NCBI RefSeq assembly: GCF_006345805.1
Contig: NC_042998.1
Coordinates: 19,840,001 to 19,904,000 of the forward strand
Reading direction: 5' to 3'
DNA length: 64,000 bases
From: Octopus sinensis
Taxonomy: Eukaryota
The notes beneath the pieces are model-generated. The model was not told the DNA's origin and made no database searches. It was given only the letters and a program-made list of their open reading frames with translations. This document shows positions 1-13,200 of the stretch, piece by piece. Position 1 is the first letter of the stretch. Each line of letters begins with the position of its first letter. The position numbers and the translations under genes are program-made.

Positions 1-8
1 TTGAACAC

Positions 9-1028
9 ATGCAGATGTCGCAAAAAGCAGATGAATTGATGCTCATCATTGATTCTTCTAACAGAGGTTTAAAGGCTGTTCTTCTCTACAATGGCATCAC
101 AGCGGCACCTGTACCAATTGGCCATAGTGTCCATATGCCAGAAACTTATGAAAATATGAAGACAATAGTAACTGCAATGAGGTACCATAGTCACAATTTT
201 CTCATTTGTGGTGATTTAAAAGTTATTGCTCTCTGGCTAGGTCTTCAAGGGGGATACGCTAATTATCGCTGTTTTCTGTGTCTTGGGGATACTAGCGGAG
301 ACAGCCAGGACTCTTACCAAAAAGCGTGGCCACTAAGAACAAGCAACGTGAAAGCTGTGCTACTAGGTGGACCCCCCAAAATCTGTTGCCACTTCTCCTA
401 GGGCTTATGAAAAATTTTGCTAACAATGAAGCTGCTTTCAAGTTCTTGGAGTCAAAGTTACCTCGTTCAAGTGAAGGCAAACCAAAAGCATGAATCTTTG
501 TTAGCTCTCAGATTCGGGAACTAAAGAGAAACATTAGTAAGTGTTCCTTCTAGCCGGTGTCGGAGGGAATGTCTGGTTTTCCTTAGTTAAATATATATAT
601 GTATATATATATGCATATATATATATATTATATATGCATTATATATATATTATATTATATATATATATTATATATATATGCATATATATATCTATAGCAT
701 ATATATATCTATATATGCATATATATATATTATGCATATATATATATATATATATATGCATATATATATATGCATATATATATATATATATATATGCAAT
801 ATCTATATAATGCATATATATGCATTATATTATATATGCATATATATATATATTATATATGCATATATATATATATGCATATATATATATATATATATAT
901 TTATACATACATATATATATATATTTATACATACATATATATATTATAATATATATATATTAATTTATACATACATATAATATATATATATTATTGATAC
1001 ATAGTATATATATATATATATAAATATA

Positions 1029-1064
<36 letters not shown>

Positions 1065-1386
1065 TATATTTATATATATTTATACATACGTATATATATA
1101 TATATATATATAAATATATATTTATATTATATATATATATTATATATAAATATATATTTATATATATATTTATACATACGTATATATATTATATTATATA
1201 TATATTTATACATACGTTATATATATATATATTATATATATATATATATAATATATATTTATATATATATTATACATACATTATATATATATAATATATT
1301 ATCACATACATATATATATTATTATTATATACATATATATATATATATATATTTATACATCTATATATATATCATATATATTTATC

Positions 1387-1418
<32 letters not shown>

Positions 1419-1505
1419 CTATATATATTTATACATATATATATATATATATAATATCTATATATACATATATATATATTTATACATATATATATATATA
1501 TATCA

Positions 1506-1543
<38 letters not shown>

Positions 1544-1990
1544 TCTATTATATATATATATATATATATTTATACATATATATATATATTTTATAATATA
1601 TATATATATATATATATAATTATATTATTATATATATATATATATATATATATAGCTATATATCAATTTATTATATAAAAATATATTTCAAGGGAGATAT
1701 ATATTTTGTTATAAGCGATTCAAGAAAGGTGTCCAAAACTTCTTGGGAAATAGCCACTCCCCATAATATGAAAAAACGATCCAAGACATGATATCAAGTT
1801 TGCAACAACTTGGATCTAGGATGAATGTGAAGATGCATGTTTTGCACGCGCATTTTGACTATTTTCCCAAAATTGTGGGGACTACAGTGAGGTAGAAGGA
1901 GAGCAGGTCCATCAATACATTTGCACTATGGAAACTCGATACAAGCGCAAATTGAACGTCAGCATGATGGTGGATTACTGGTAGTCATGA
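9..1990 (+). pseudogene. DDE transposase pseudogene split by a (TA)n-rich insert
   Basis: 5' part reads IIDSSNRGLKAVLLYNG, ICGDLKV, CFLC, LGLMKNF, IFVSSQIREL and VWFSL (to about 590). It resumes at about 1715 with GVQNFLGN, RMNVKMHVLHAHFDYFP, GDYSEVEGEQVHQ and MMVDYW. Stops and frameshifts are present. Confidence 0.85.
590..1660. repeat. ~1.07 kb imperfect (TA)n microsatellite
   Basis: Direct reading; interspersed TATGCA and TACATA variants. Confidence 0.98.
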
Positions 1991-2568
1991 AAATGTGATG
2001 GTCCCGATGCACAGCACAAGCAGAAATGAAATCGAACCTCCTTCCGTTGAATCAGTATGTAGGCTAACCTTTCGGAGCATATTTTTTACGTTTATTTGGG
2101 TGGACATTAATAATTCATTTAATGATTATCGTGGTTCATTTCATGTTGATTTGGGAAACATATGTTCTTAAAATTAACAGAGTGTGCTTTTCCTTTATTA
2201 TCTGCTTCATTTGAAAAAGGTAACGATTTATTAAAAGTTCACATTTTTTATTATTAATTTGTATTTTATTCAACATCTTTATGTAACAGATCGACACCCC
2301 AAGAATAAAATCAAGGCCCTAAGAATATATAACATCACATCCATGAATAAAAATAAGGAAAAAATTCACAAATGCGGATCAGTGATAATCAATATGCGTA
2401 CAAAAAGATAAGCAGTAGATAATAGTTGTTATAGTGTTAGGACATTTTTGTAAAATAATAAAAGTTTTATACCACTATTAGTAATCAAATGACATTAGTA
2501 ATGAAATGAGATCCACTCTGTTGAGATATTTTGGAAGAATAACACATAATAACCTAACGATGTGCCTT

Positions 2569-2660
2569 GTTTTCTCCGCTGATGAGATTTTGCCCAGTAA
2601 AATGTTTCAATTAATGGAATGTTATTGTTTTGGGCAAAACCGAAACAGCTGTAAGTGAAC
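2569..2660 (+). ncRNA. Type I hammerhead-like motif with long stem II and degenerate stem I
   Basis: CTGATGA (2579-2585); stem II TTTTGCCCA/TGGGCAAAA; GAAA (2642-2645); palindromic stem III ACAGCTGT; GUA triplet. Stem I GTTTTCT/AGTGAAC is imperfect and offset by 3 nt. Confidence 0.55.
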
Positions 2661-2796
2661 ATGTTGATTTCTTGCAGTCAATAAATTATATTAACGCTAC
2701 CTGTCTATTTTCTGGATTTTAATTTGAATATTTATAAACCAAGTTTTATATATAAACCTATTGTTTTAGGAATATAATTATTCACAACAAAATATA

Positions 2797-3028
2797 TATT
2801 TCTTTATTGCCCACAAGGGGCTAAACATAGAGGGGACAAACAAGGACAGACATAGGGATTAAGTCGATTATATCGAACCCAGTGCGAAACAAGTACTTTA
2901 TTTATCGACCCCGAAAGGATGAAAGGCAAAGTCAATCTCGGCGGAATTTGAACTCAGAACAGTAACGACAGACAAATCACCGCTAAGCACTTCGCCCGGC
3001 GTGCTAACGTTTCTGCCAGCTCGCCGCC
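2797..3028 (-). mobile_element. tRNA-headed SINE family A
   Basis: Head GGCGGCGAGCTGGCAGAAACGTTAGCAC; central GCCTTTCATCCTTTCGGGGTCGATAAAT; near-perfect TSD TTCACAACAAAA(A)TATA; 12 copies in window. Confidence 0.9.
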
Positions 3029-3107
3029 TTCACAACAAAAATATAGTTTAACAATCTAGTAATTCAGTGAATATTTTCTAACCCTTAAGGTTGTTTTTAA
3101 CCTCTAT

Positions 3108-3263
3108 TTAAATGTCCAGTGAGGCTTCTTCTGCAGGCTCATGATCTCTAGATGAATGGGACTGGAACTGCTCCACAATTGTCCTCCAACCCTCCTTGGT
3201 CTTATGAACAAATTCGAAGCTTTTCTTGAATGGCACACCGCTAGTAGTCATGCAGAACTCACA
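3108..3263 (-). CDS. Candidate terminal coding exon of an unidentified host gene
   Basis: Acceptor TTTTTGTTTCGGTTTCAG| is followed by 51 open codons CEFCMTTSGVPFKKSFEFVHKTKEGWRTIVEQFQSHSSRDHEPAEEASLDI and TAA. Non-repetitive sequence; no recognised domain. Confidence 0.3.
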   Translation of the reverse strand, partial: CEFCMTTSGVPFKKSFEFVHKTKEGWRTIVEQFQSHSSRDHEPAEEASLDI

Positions 3264-3613
3264 CTGAAACCGAAACAAAAATGATGAATGCTAAATGAGA
3301 GCTTAATTATTTGCTACATGACGAAACATGATGACTCAGCAATACAATCTAATCACCACTGAAGTCTGGTAAATGCTAAGAATATATTGATGGCCAAGAG
3401 TGCTATACAACCCTGTCCTTATTCAAACAAATTTTGCATAAGAATACAAACATGGATTCATGACTGAACATTTTTAAAGATGGTGAGTGCACTTTAGCTA
3501 CTTGTGCATAAAAGCTCATCTAAGAATGATACAGGAAATTGTTTTTGAGGAAAAAATAAAAGAAAGTTGTATTCCTAATATGTGTGTGTGTGTGTTTTTA
3601 TTCCTAATGCGTG

Positions 3614-4006
3614 TGTGGAGGCAAAATGGCCCAGTGGTTAGGGCAGCGGACTCGCGGTCATAGGATGGCGGTTTCGATTCCCAGCCCGGGCGTTGTGAGT
3701 GTTTATTGAGCGAAAACACCTAAAAGCTCCACGAGGCTCCAGCAGGGGATGGTGGTGATCCCTGCTCTACTCTTTCACCACAACTTTCTCTCACTCTCAC
3801 TCTTACTTCCTGTTTCTGTTGTACCTGTATTTCAAAGGGCCGGCCTTGTCACTCTCTGTGTCACGCTGAATATCCCCGAGAACTACGTTAAAGGTACACG
3901 TGTCTGTGGAGTGCTCAGCCACTTACACGTTAATTTCACGAGCAGGCTGTTCCGTTGATTCGGATCAACTGGAACCCTCGTCGTCGTAACCGACGGAGTG
4001 CTTCCC
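3614..4006 (+). mobile_element. tRNA-headed SINE family C, tail type 1
   Basis: Box A TGGCCCAGTGG, box B GTTTCGATTCC; near-identical copy at 32440-32826. Confidence 0.9.
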
Positions 4007-4454
4007 AAAAAATGTGGGTGGGGGCGTGCATGCGTTTTTGTACTCCAATCAGGTTACGATTTCGCACGGAAAATTAGTTGGTTATAACAAAAGTGTACAT
4101 GAAGACACTCTTCAATATGACATTACATATAAGGATGTAAAGGATATCACATAAGCGAAACACGTAGGTGTTTGGTAATGATAAAAGACAGTCTTAAATT
4201 GTTTATTTTTTTACAAGTACATCAAAAGTCCTGCTGTAACTTGATGCAAGAATGTGTTTTAATTAAACAGGTCAGTATGAACAATAAACCGCTGCGTTTT
4301 TGAAACACAATAAACGACTATCTAGGGCCTTATTTTTCCACCATTAAATATATCTCGTTGCAATTATGTAACGCTTTCTGTATGCAATTTCACGTCTTAA
4401 TATATTATATATCTTTTCTTTCTCTTCGTATATGTATATATATATAAATATATA

Positions 4455-4873
4455 TAGGAGTGGCTGTGTGGTAAGTAGCTTGCTTACCAACCACATGGTT
4501 CCGTGTTCATTCCCATTGGGTGGCACGTTGGGCAAATGTCTTCTACTATAGCCTTGGCAGAGCAAAGCTTTGTGAGTGGATTTGTTAGGCGGAAACTGAA
4601 AGAAGCCCGTCGTATCTATGTATATATATATATATATTTATATGTGTGTGTGTATATGTTTTTGTGTTTGTGTTTGTCCCCACCAACATCGCTTGACAAA
4701 CGATACTGGTGTGTTTACGTCCCCGTAACTTAGCGGTTCGACAAAAGAGACCGATAGAATAGGTACTAGGCTTACAGAGTATAATTCCTGGGGTCGGTTT
4801 GCTCGACTAAAGGCGGTACTCCAGCATGGCCAAAGTCAAATGACTGAAACAAGTAAGAGAATGAAAGAGTAAA
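4455..4873 (+). mobile_element. SINE family B (CORE-like segment, internal TA/TG microsatellite)
   Basis: GGAGTGGCTGTGTGGTAAG head, TTGGGCAA(A/G)TG CORE-like motif, tail GACTGAAACAAGTAAGAG; 8 copies in window. Confidence 0.9.
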
Positions 4874-5203
4874 GTGCATATGTGTACGTGTGTATGTTAT
4901 ATATATATATATGTATATCTACATACAAACATATATAATATATATATATATGTGTGTGTGTATGTATATATATATATATATATGTATATTATATATATGT
5001 GTGTATATATATATATATATGTGTATATATATATAAATATATATGTTTATATATATATAAATATATATATACATATATATATATACATATATATATATAT
5101 ACAGATATATATATATATATTATATATATATATGTATATATATATAAATATATATACATATATATATATATACATATGTATATATATATAAATATATATA
5201 TAC

Positions 5204-5258
<55 letters not shown>
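4874..5258. repeat. (TA)n/(TG)n compound microsatellite
   Basis: Direct reading. Confidence 0.95.
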
Positions 5259-5262
<4 letters not shown>

Positions 5263-6831
5263 TTGTGATAGTTTTCTCTCAATCATAATGTACAGTATGT
5301 TAAATTTAAGTGATTTACCTCAGTTTAGAGGATATTAGGATTCCCCTTCTAGTAGATATATAACAGTTCCAACAAGCTGGCGAGTAATGTTACCGACGCT
5401 CGTTTAAGAAATATTTAATCAAATGATGTTCGGAATGCTTTAGGGTTGAAATTAAATGAAAGTATAATCGGAAATTTTATCTTTTTTAACTAAATATCTA
5501 TCAGAATAGGTGGCTAGTGATAAGCTTAGTGATATCAAATATTTTCATCCTGTTTATTAACGACCACTACATTCCCCAGTATAATGTAAACGTCATCTCT
5601 TACGTAATTTAAATCGATATATTTTGTATTTCCTATTCCGTAAACATACATCTAAATCTCTTTGAAATTTTATAGAATATAATATCAAATAAATAGTGAA
5701 TAGAACACGGCAATATGTTTATTTAATCTACATCTGAATGGGATATAATCCGCTCAATAAGTTTTCAATCTATATATATATTATATCGATTATTTTTGTA
5801 ATTCTGGTTCCAAATTAAAGAGGTCATTGACATGAGAACGTCGAAATAATTTATATAAGACATTAACTAATATTTGATCTATCTATCTCTCAATATCTCA
5901 TCTACATATCTCAATATTTGATCTATATATCTCTTTATAGATACATAATAGATAAATAAATACATGCATACATACATACATAAATATATGTATCTATGCA
6001 TGTGGGTATGAAGGAATTTGTGTATGTTAGTATCAATGGATTTAATCCTTATTTTTAATACTGAATTACATGACTAATAACATTTGAGTGTTAATCATAC
6101 TTCATTCTCGCTACACTTCCTTAATACGCTTTTTTTTTTAGAGAATACAAAATACTGAATTACAAAAAAAGAACGGAATTTTAATTTAAATGTCAGTGTA
6201 AAAGCCAGCTAATTTGAGGCATTTTACAAACAAAATGTTCCTTTTGATCGGTATTTTATCGGGGAAAATGTTGTTTGACAAATATATTAGCGTATTTCAT
6301 TAAATATATTACAATATTTAGGTACGGCCCTTTATTTACTGAGATCAAAAGTTGGCTCAATGTCCTCTTCGTAGCATAAGCATTTATTTTAAGTCGGATA
6401 GAAATATCTCCCATGCTGTTTTGGTAAAGTAACGATTTCATTTCAGCCGCATGGTTTACAGTTTACTCAGCGCAGACGAAAATCAAATTATAATTACTGA
6501 AAATTGCAAAAATTATAATTTATAAATATATTATTAATTTCTTCGGATCAGGAATACACAATGATTGGCAATATGAAATTGTTGGTAGGAGTAAGGGTAA
6601 AGTAAAATAGATTGTTCTTAAAATGATTAGGGCATACCAATTCTATCATTATATGAATCTGCCTTCTTATGAGAAGTATGTAATTTTAAATTTTTTGCTT
6701 TTGCATTATTGATTTTGTTTACAGATATAGCATAACATATTATGTTATATATTTAGTCCATTAATTTGGACTTTTACTTATAGAGAAACTAGTTAACTAG
6801 CGTTTTATTAATTTGTATAGTATTTGATATA

Positions 6832-7065
6832 TGTGGAGGCGCGTGGCTTAGTGGTTAGGGTATCAGCATCATGATCGTAAGATTGTGGTTTCGACTCCTG
6901 GACCGGGCGACGCGTTGTGTTCTTGACCAAAACACTTTATTTCACGTTGCTCCTCTCCACTCAGCTGGCAAAAATGAGTAACGCAGCTGGGGAACACATA
7001 CGCCATTGAAACCGGGAAACCGGGCGCATGAGCCTGGCTAGGCTTTACAAGGGCGCATTTATTTA
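6832..7065 (+). mobile_element. tRNA-headed SINE family D (internally deleted copy)
   Basis: Head TGTGGAGGCGCGTGGCTTAGTGGTTAGG; lacks the GATGGACTGGCGTCCCGTC segment present in the copies at 18687 and 60898. Confidence 0.88.
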
Positions 7066-8392
7066 TTTTATTTATTATTTCATATATACCTTTCCAAAAA
7101 CCTGTGGATTGTTTTTTTTTGTTTTTGTTTTTTTCCAATATCATGAAAGTAAACGGATAAATCTAAAGAATACAACATTAAATTTTAAAAAGAGAAACAG
7201 TTCTATGATATATTTTTGTTCTAAAGACTATAAATCTAGACACGTTCTGCTCATTCAATTTACTTAAACCAGAAAATTTGAAAGAGGAGAATTATGAATA
7301 AATTTTTTATCTTCTAGGCTAAACCTGGATACGCAGCAAAATAATCGAAAAATATTTAGAACTTTTCTTTTCTGAAAATAATCAAATGAGGTTTGAAAGA
7401 TAGTAAAAGTGATATTTTCCTATTGGTGCTAGCTGTTGCACTTACAATAACTGGAACATTCATGCAATAAAGTGGAATAAGCTCATTAAACAGGAAGAAG
7501 GATTCGTTGGAAGACCATTATACTGATTAAATTCCCACAAGTTTTCTCTTTACAAATCGTGTTAAAAAAGACATTCGTTCTCTCATTAAGTTTAAGAACA
7601 TATGCACCAGATACTTCCTCCAGGGCATTCGGGCAAACGTTTGTTTCATCTAAAAGTAAACAAACTTCCCGAATAACTTTGTAATTAAAACATCTTAATT
7701 TATAAAATACATATACCTATTGATTTATAAGCTGAATGATAACTACAAATCAATGAGGATTAATGAGATAATTACCCTTTATACATTTTTAAGTAAGCTC
7801 AATACAAATATTCAAAATGTTGCTGAACATACGAATTAATTGAATATCCTTCCAAGTTATGTCAACTTATTTCTTTGTGCGTCAGTATATTTTTAATTAT
7901 CTTCGAGACACGAGGCATTTAAACAATATTACCAATCCAATTTAATTCCTTTTTAATCAAGAATGAGTACATTTGCGAATGAAATTATTTTTAGATAATT
8001 ATATATATATATTTTCTTTTTGGACGAATTCTTAATCAATACATTTCTTCAAGTAGAATAACATGTCTCTTTGTATATAATGTAATCATTTGAGACTTCC
8101 TCAAAATATACAATTAATTACTACTCGATGACGTTTTAAACAAGAAGAAATATAAAAGGTATTAAGACTATACTCAGTACCTTCTCAACGAACACTTTAT
8201 TTATTGCCGGGTCTAGTGAGGGTCATTATGCTAAAATAAATGTATTATAACTATGTGCACCGGTCGAATCCCAATCCTTTATTGAATAATTAGTTCGTAA
8301 AATAAAGTGCACATCAATTAAAATTTTTATTGGCGTAATGATCGTGCCTAGACACAAAAAATTGTTTCAACATACAAATCCACACCAAGAAT

Positions 8393-8492
8393 NNNNNNNN
8401 NNNNNNNNNNNNNNNNNNNNNNNNNNNNNNNNNNNNNNNNNNNNNNNNNNNNNNNNNNNNNNNNNNNNNNNNNNNNNNNNNNNNNNNNNNNN
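8393..8492. other. Assembly gap (100 N)
   Basis: Run of N. Confidence 1.
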
Positions 8493-8811
8493 ATATATAA
8501 TATATATATATATATATATAATATATATTTATCATTAAGCAATCAAGCAGTCACTCAGTCCTTGTCCGCAGCAGTAATATGTAACGTTTAAGAAGTCATC
8601 TCAAGATAAGTTGCGTATACTTCATAATACAAACTTGGATCAAGATTACAAGAGGAAATGATCATGTCTAAGACACGTGTTAGATGTGACATTTTGTCAT
8701 AGAAATCTATGATATCTTGACAGGAATAAAATCCTGCACATTTACTCAAAACGTATGGAAACAGTAGTGAAATTTGTCTTAAAAGCCCAGCACGTAAACA
8801 CGAACGAATAC

Positions 8812-9043
8812 CTATTTCTTTATCATCCATAAGGGGCTAAACATAGAGGGGGCAAACAAGGACAGACATAGGTATTAAGTCGATTACATCGACCCCAGTG
8901 CGTAACTGGTACTTAATTTATCGACCCCGAAAGGATGAAAGGCAAAGTCGACCTCGGCGGAATTTGAACTCAACGTAACGCAGACGAAATACCGCTAAGC
9001 ATTTTGACCGGCGTGCAATATGATTCTCCTAGGACGGCGCCTT
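8812..9043 (-). mobile_element. SINE family A
   Basis: Same body as 2797-3028; diverged head. Confidence 0.88.
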
Positions 9044-9078
9044 GGATATGATGTAATATAAGTATATCAATTCTCAGA

Positions 9079-9173
<95 letters not shown>

Positions 9174-10079
9174 CTGCAACACTTTTTTTAATTATATCTA
9201 TACTCTAGAATTGTTCGTCTAAGAATGAACAACAATGGTCCAGCTATGAACATAGACACTACAGCACATACCTTTAGAGGACTCGAAAATGACTTTTCAG
9301 ACCATGATAAACAATACCGTTTACCTCACTCTACAGTAAATAGTATGATAAAAACTACTGTAAGGAACCTTTTTGACTCAACGCAATACCGTAGGTGCAC
9401 CGTTGCAACATCAACAAAACACATCCTCGAGGAACAGAAAGAGAGAATAACAAAGGATAAACATTGATATTAACGAAATTAAAAAATGAACATTTTTACT
9501 CAATACACTGCCAAAATGTAATACTATATAATTAACTCTCCTGGGAGTCATATCACATCATAACAATTTGATAGAGATTACCGACACGCTAAGAGAAAGA
9601 CCTGCAATTCTGAATAAAAAAAACAGCAAAAAAAACAAAGAACATATACAACCCTTCATAGAACTTATAGCCAGCTCCTTATTTCTGTCAGACACAACTA
9701 TATCAACTAAATTTGTGAAAATGGAGAATAAGCCATAGAAGAGAAAATGCAGAACCTGAATGTGAAACACTTAGGCTTCAGGTATAAATAAAATTTTCAA
9801 TATTTTCAATTACTCATAATATTTTGGAAACTGAAAATAATTGCATCCTTAAAACCTACCAACAGGCAATAAACGTCTTTCACACTACCATCATGTTTTA
9901 CACACATCTTAAATTTTGAAAGTAGTAACACTATTATAACCGGCGGGACTTTTCTTAATGCAATTCTGGTATCGTACATTCGATAACTACTCTACTCCCA
10001 TACATAGTATGATACAAGACATTATACACAAAATAACAAAGACAAGCATGCACAGTTCAATATATCATTTCTATCAATG

Positions 10080-10309
10080 AGGCGGTGAGCTGGCAGAACT
10101 GTTTGCACGCCGAGCGAAATCTTGAGCGATATTTCGTCTGCCGTTACGTTCTGAGTTCAAATTCCGCCGAGGTCGACTTTGCCTTTCATCTTTCGGGATC
10201 GATAAATAAAGTACCAGTTACGCACTGGTGTCGATGTAACCGACTTAATGCCTTTATCTGTCTTTGTTTGTCCTCTGTATGTTTAGCCCCTTGTGTGCAA
10301 TAAAGAAAT
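10080..10309 (+). mobile_element. SINE family A
   Basis: Full copy with 20-bp TSD ATATATCATTTCTATCAATG (10060-10079 and 10310-10329). Confidence 0.92.
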
Positions 10310-10919
10310 ATATATCATTTCTATCAATGAGGTAGTTTCTTCATTCAATGACTTTTACATATAATTTGTACGATAAACATGCAAGTGTTCACACACACAC
10401 ATAAGGGATTTCTTATAAGACACATTCCTGCTCGAAGAATTTCACGCTTTTTCGCTTTATTTCTAATCCCAAATTACTTATTTTTTATATCAAGCAGTAT
10501 GTCTTTCTCCATTTCTAAGTTAAGGGTTAAAATAAAGCAACCCTGCAAAACACAACTGACCTTTACACACAGACGCACAAAATAACAGCGATCAAATAAT
10601 GACTACGGAGTGCACAACAGGCATCAGCGATCTGAATCTTGCCTGTACTCTTGACAGGAGATGCCAGTTAGTTTTTTAATAGGCTCGTTCGTATTAGCCC
10701 GAGTTGCAGGATAAATTTTCGATCCTTTAAAAATAGATCGGAAACTTTTCATAGATTGGAAATTAAATATTCTCTATAGAAAATTATTGCTTCCAGAAAA
10801 CATGGGATTTGAATTACTTTTAATTTTTACGATTATAGATAACAACTCCGGCTTTCACTTCTGAGCCCGAGTCAGGCGCATCTGAACAATGTCGAATGTC
10901 AGCTACTAATAATATTTTT

Positions 10920-11590
10920 TGAGACAGGACACTTCTAAGACATCGCCAGACGCTGAACGAAAATAAATGAACTGCGACCAGGCTCAATGAAGGTGCCCGA
11001 GTTATTGGCTACAACTATATAGGTGTCATGTTTGTGCGGAAAACATCACGCACGTGATTAGCAGCTGTCCTAAAATGTCATCACGGTAGTACCTACTTAT
11101 GCGGCACGATGTCGTCGCTAAAACAATTTACAATGCAATCCAGAAAAAAAAAACAGTTCTGAAATTAACTTAGAAAACCCCTCTGTTGTGGAATACATTC
11201 ATGAACACCACCTCAAGGAATACTGGTGAAACATTTCCATCAAAACTTCTGTCAAATGTAAACGTAACAGGCCGGATATTGTTGTTTGGGACAGAGGGGC
11301 AAAGTTATGTACCATCATAAAGGGCATGTGACTGCCCATATAAATATCTCTTTGAAAGTCAAAGACAAAGAGGATATCTGCTCAGAAATCTTCAGCTTCT
11401 ATATCCAGACTGTGAATTCATATTCATTCCTTTAATAATTGGAGCACAAGGTTTTGTTAGTAAATGCTTAAAAGAGAATCTCGATAAACTGGGATTTTCT
11501 GAAAGAAAGATCGACCGAATAATTCGTACATTACAATTGCAATCAGTGAGTGGAAGGGTAAAAAATATGCAAGACTTTTCTCAAGTTCCA
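10920..11590 (+). mobile_element. R4/Dong-type non-LTR retrotransposon 3' fragment (zinc knuckle plus restriction-like endonuclease)
   Basis: Frameshifted translation CHVCAENITHVISSCP, RHDVVAKTIY, RPDIVVWD, FIPLIIGAQG. Confidence 0.85.
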
Positions 11591-11724
11591 TATGGGAATT
11601 TGTGTATGTTATCCAAATCCCAAATATGGAGCCTTGTATTTTTATTGGAAACCGGCGCCCCGCTCAGTAGAAGATTTATAATAATTTTAAAAAGTAGAAG
11701 AGACGTACATACTACATACAAACA

Positions 11725-11881
11725 TGGATAGATAGAAAGGTAGGCAGACAGACTGACCGGCAGACAGACAGATAGATATATAGATAGACAGATAGATAGA
11801 TAGATAAGAAGATCGATAATAGATAAATATACGTTAAAAAACCGCGAGGACAGATATTTACACAGACATATGCACGATATA

Positions 11882-11951
<70 letters not shown>

Positions 11952-11982
11952 TATATGTATACATATATATATATACACATAT

Positions 11983-12071
<89 letters not shown>

Positions 12072-12139
12072 TAATATATGTATATATACATATATATATA
12101 TACATATAGATATATATATACCTATATATTATATATACA

Positions 12140-12172
<33 letters not shown>

Positions 12173-12180
12173 TACATATA
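11725..12180. repeat. (GATA)n followed by (TA)n microsatellite
   Basis: Direct reading. Confidence 0.95.
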
Positions 12181-12182
12181 TT

Positions 12183-12756
12183 CTCTTTTACTCTTTTACT
12201 TGTTTCAGCCATCCGCTGAGGCCATGCTGGGGCACCGCCCTTGTTGCTACCCTCTCTAAGTCAGTTTGCCGTGGCTGGCCACTGATCTAAGAGAGAGTTT
12301 GTAGCTGCTGCCCTTAGGTTACCTTCGTACTTTGCAGTGGGTTCATCTGGGATCCCGGAAAGCAGCTGTCTAGATGTTTTTTGAAAATGTCCACATCCGC
12401 ATCATGTAGATCTCTTAGTTTTCTTGGCAGTTTGTTGAACAGCTGAGGACCCCTGAACCCCAGGCTATTACAGTATCTGCTCCTTACCCTGGATGTGGAA
12501 GACGGGACCTTTGGCACCACACAGTGACGTCCTGTACGGGGATTGGAACAGCTCTCAATTCCAAAATTTGGTGCTAGTCCCTCCAGGATTTTCCATATGT
12601 ATATCACTGCATATCTCTCTCGTCTTCGTTCCAAGGATACAAATTGAGTTCCCTAAGCCTCTCCCAATAGTTCTTTTCTTTCATGGTGGAAATCCTCTTG
12701 GTGAAATGTCTTTGGATTGTCTCAAGCTCTGGGTTAGTTTGACACTATGCGGTGAC
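12183..12756 (-). mobile_element. CR1/L2-type LINE 3' end (ORF2 C-terminus plus 3' UTR)
   Basis: SPHSVKL...[36 protein letters not shown]...DVDIFKKHLD; ends in AAACAAGTAAAAGAGTAAAAGAG. Confidence 0.85.
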
Positions 12757-12789
<33 letters not shown>

Positions 12790-12790
12790 A

Positions 12791-12872
<82 letters not shown>

Positions 12873-12947
12873 TATACTATATATATATACATATATATAT
12901 ATATATTATATATATACATATATATATACATATATATATATATATAC

Positions 12948-12982
<35 letters not shown>

Positions 12983-13038
12983 CATATATATACATAATAT
13001 ATATTATACATATATATATACATATATATATATATATA

Positions 13039-13085
<47 letters not shown>

Positions 13086-13135
13086 TATATACATATATAT
13101 ATATAATATATATGTATATATATATACATATATAG

Positions 13136-13182
<47 letters not shown>

Positions 13183-13200
13183 TATATACATATATATATA
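12757..13200. repeat. (TA)n microsatellite
   Basis: Direct reading. Confidence 0.97.

Larger units (their letters stand above)
1..2384 (+). mobile_element. Chapaev/CMC-like DNA transposon remnant (left end outside window)
   Basis: Degenerate transposase (next feature). Candidate right terminus ...GGATCAGTG at 2376-2384 fits the CAC...GTG ends recalled for Chapaev3. Subfamily assignment is from memory. Confidence 0.6.

Noticed and set aside
8588-9770. 70-80 aa ORFs at 8588-8830, 9225-9467 and 9558-9770
   Set aside because: The first starts inside a SINE tail; the others have no recognisable motifs and overlap on opposite strands, possibly old retroelement debris.
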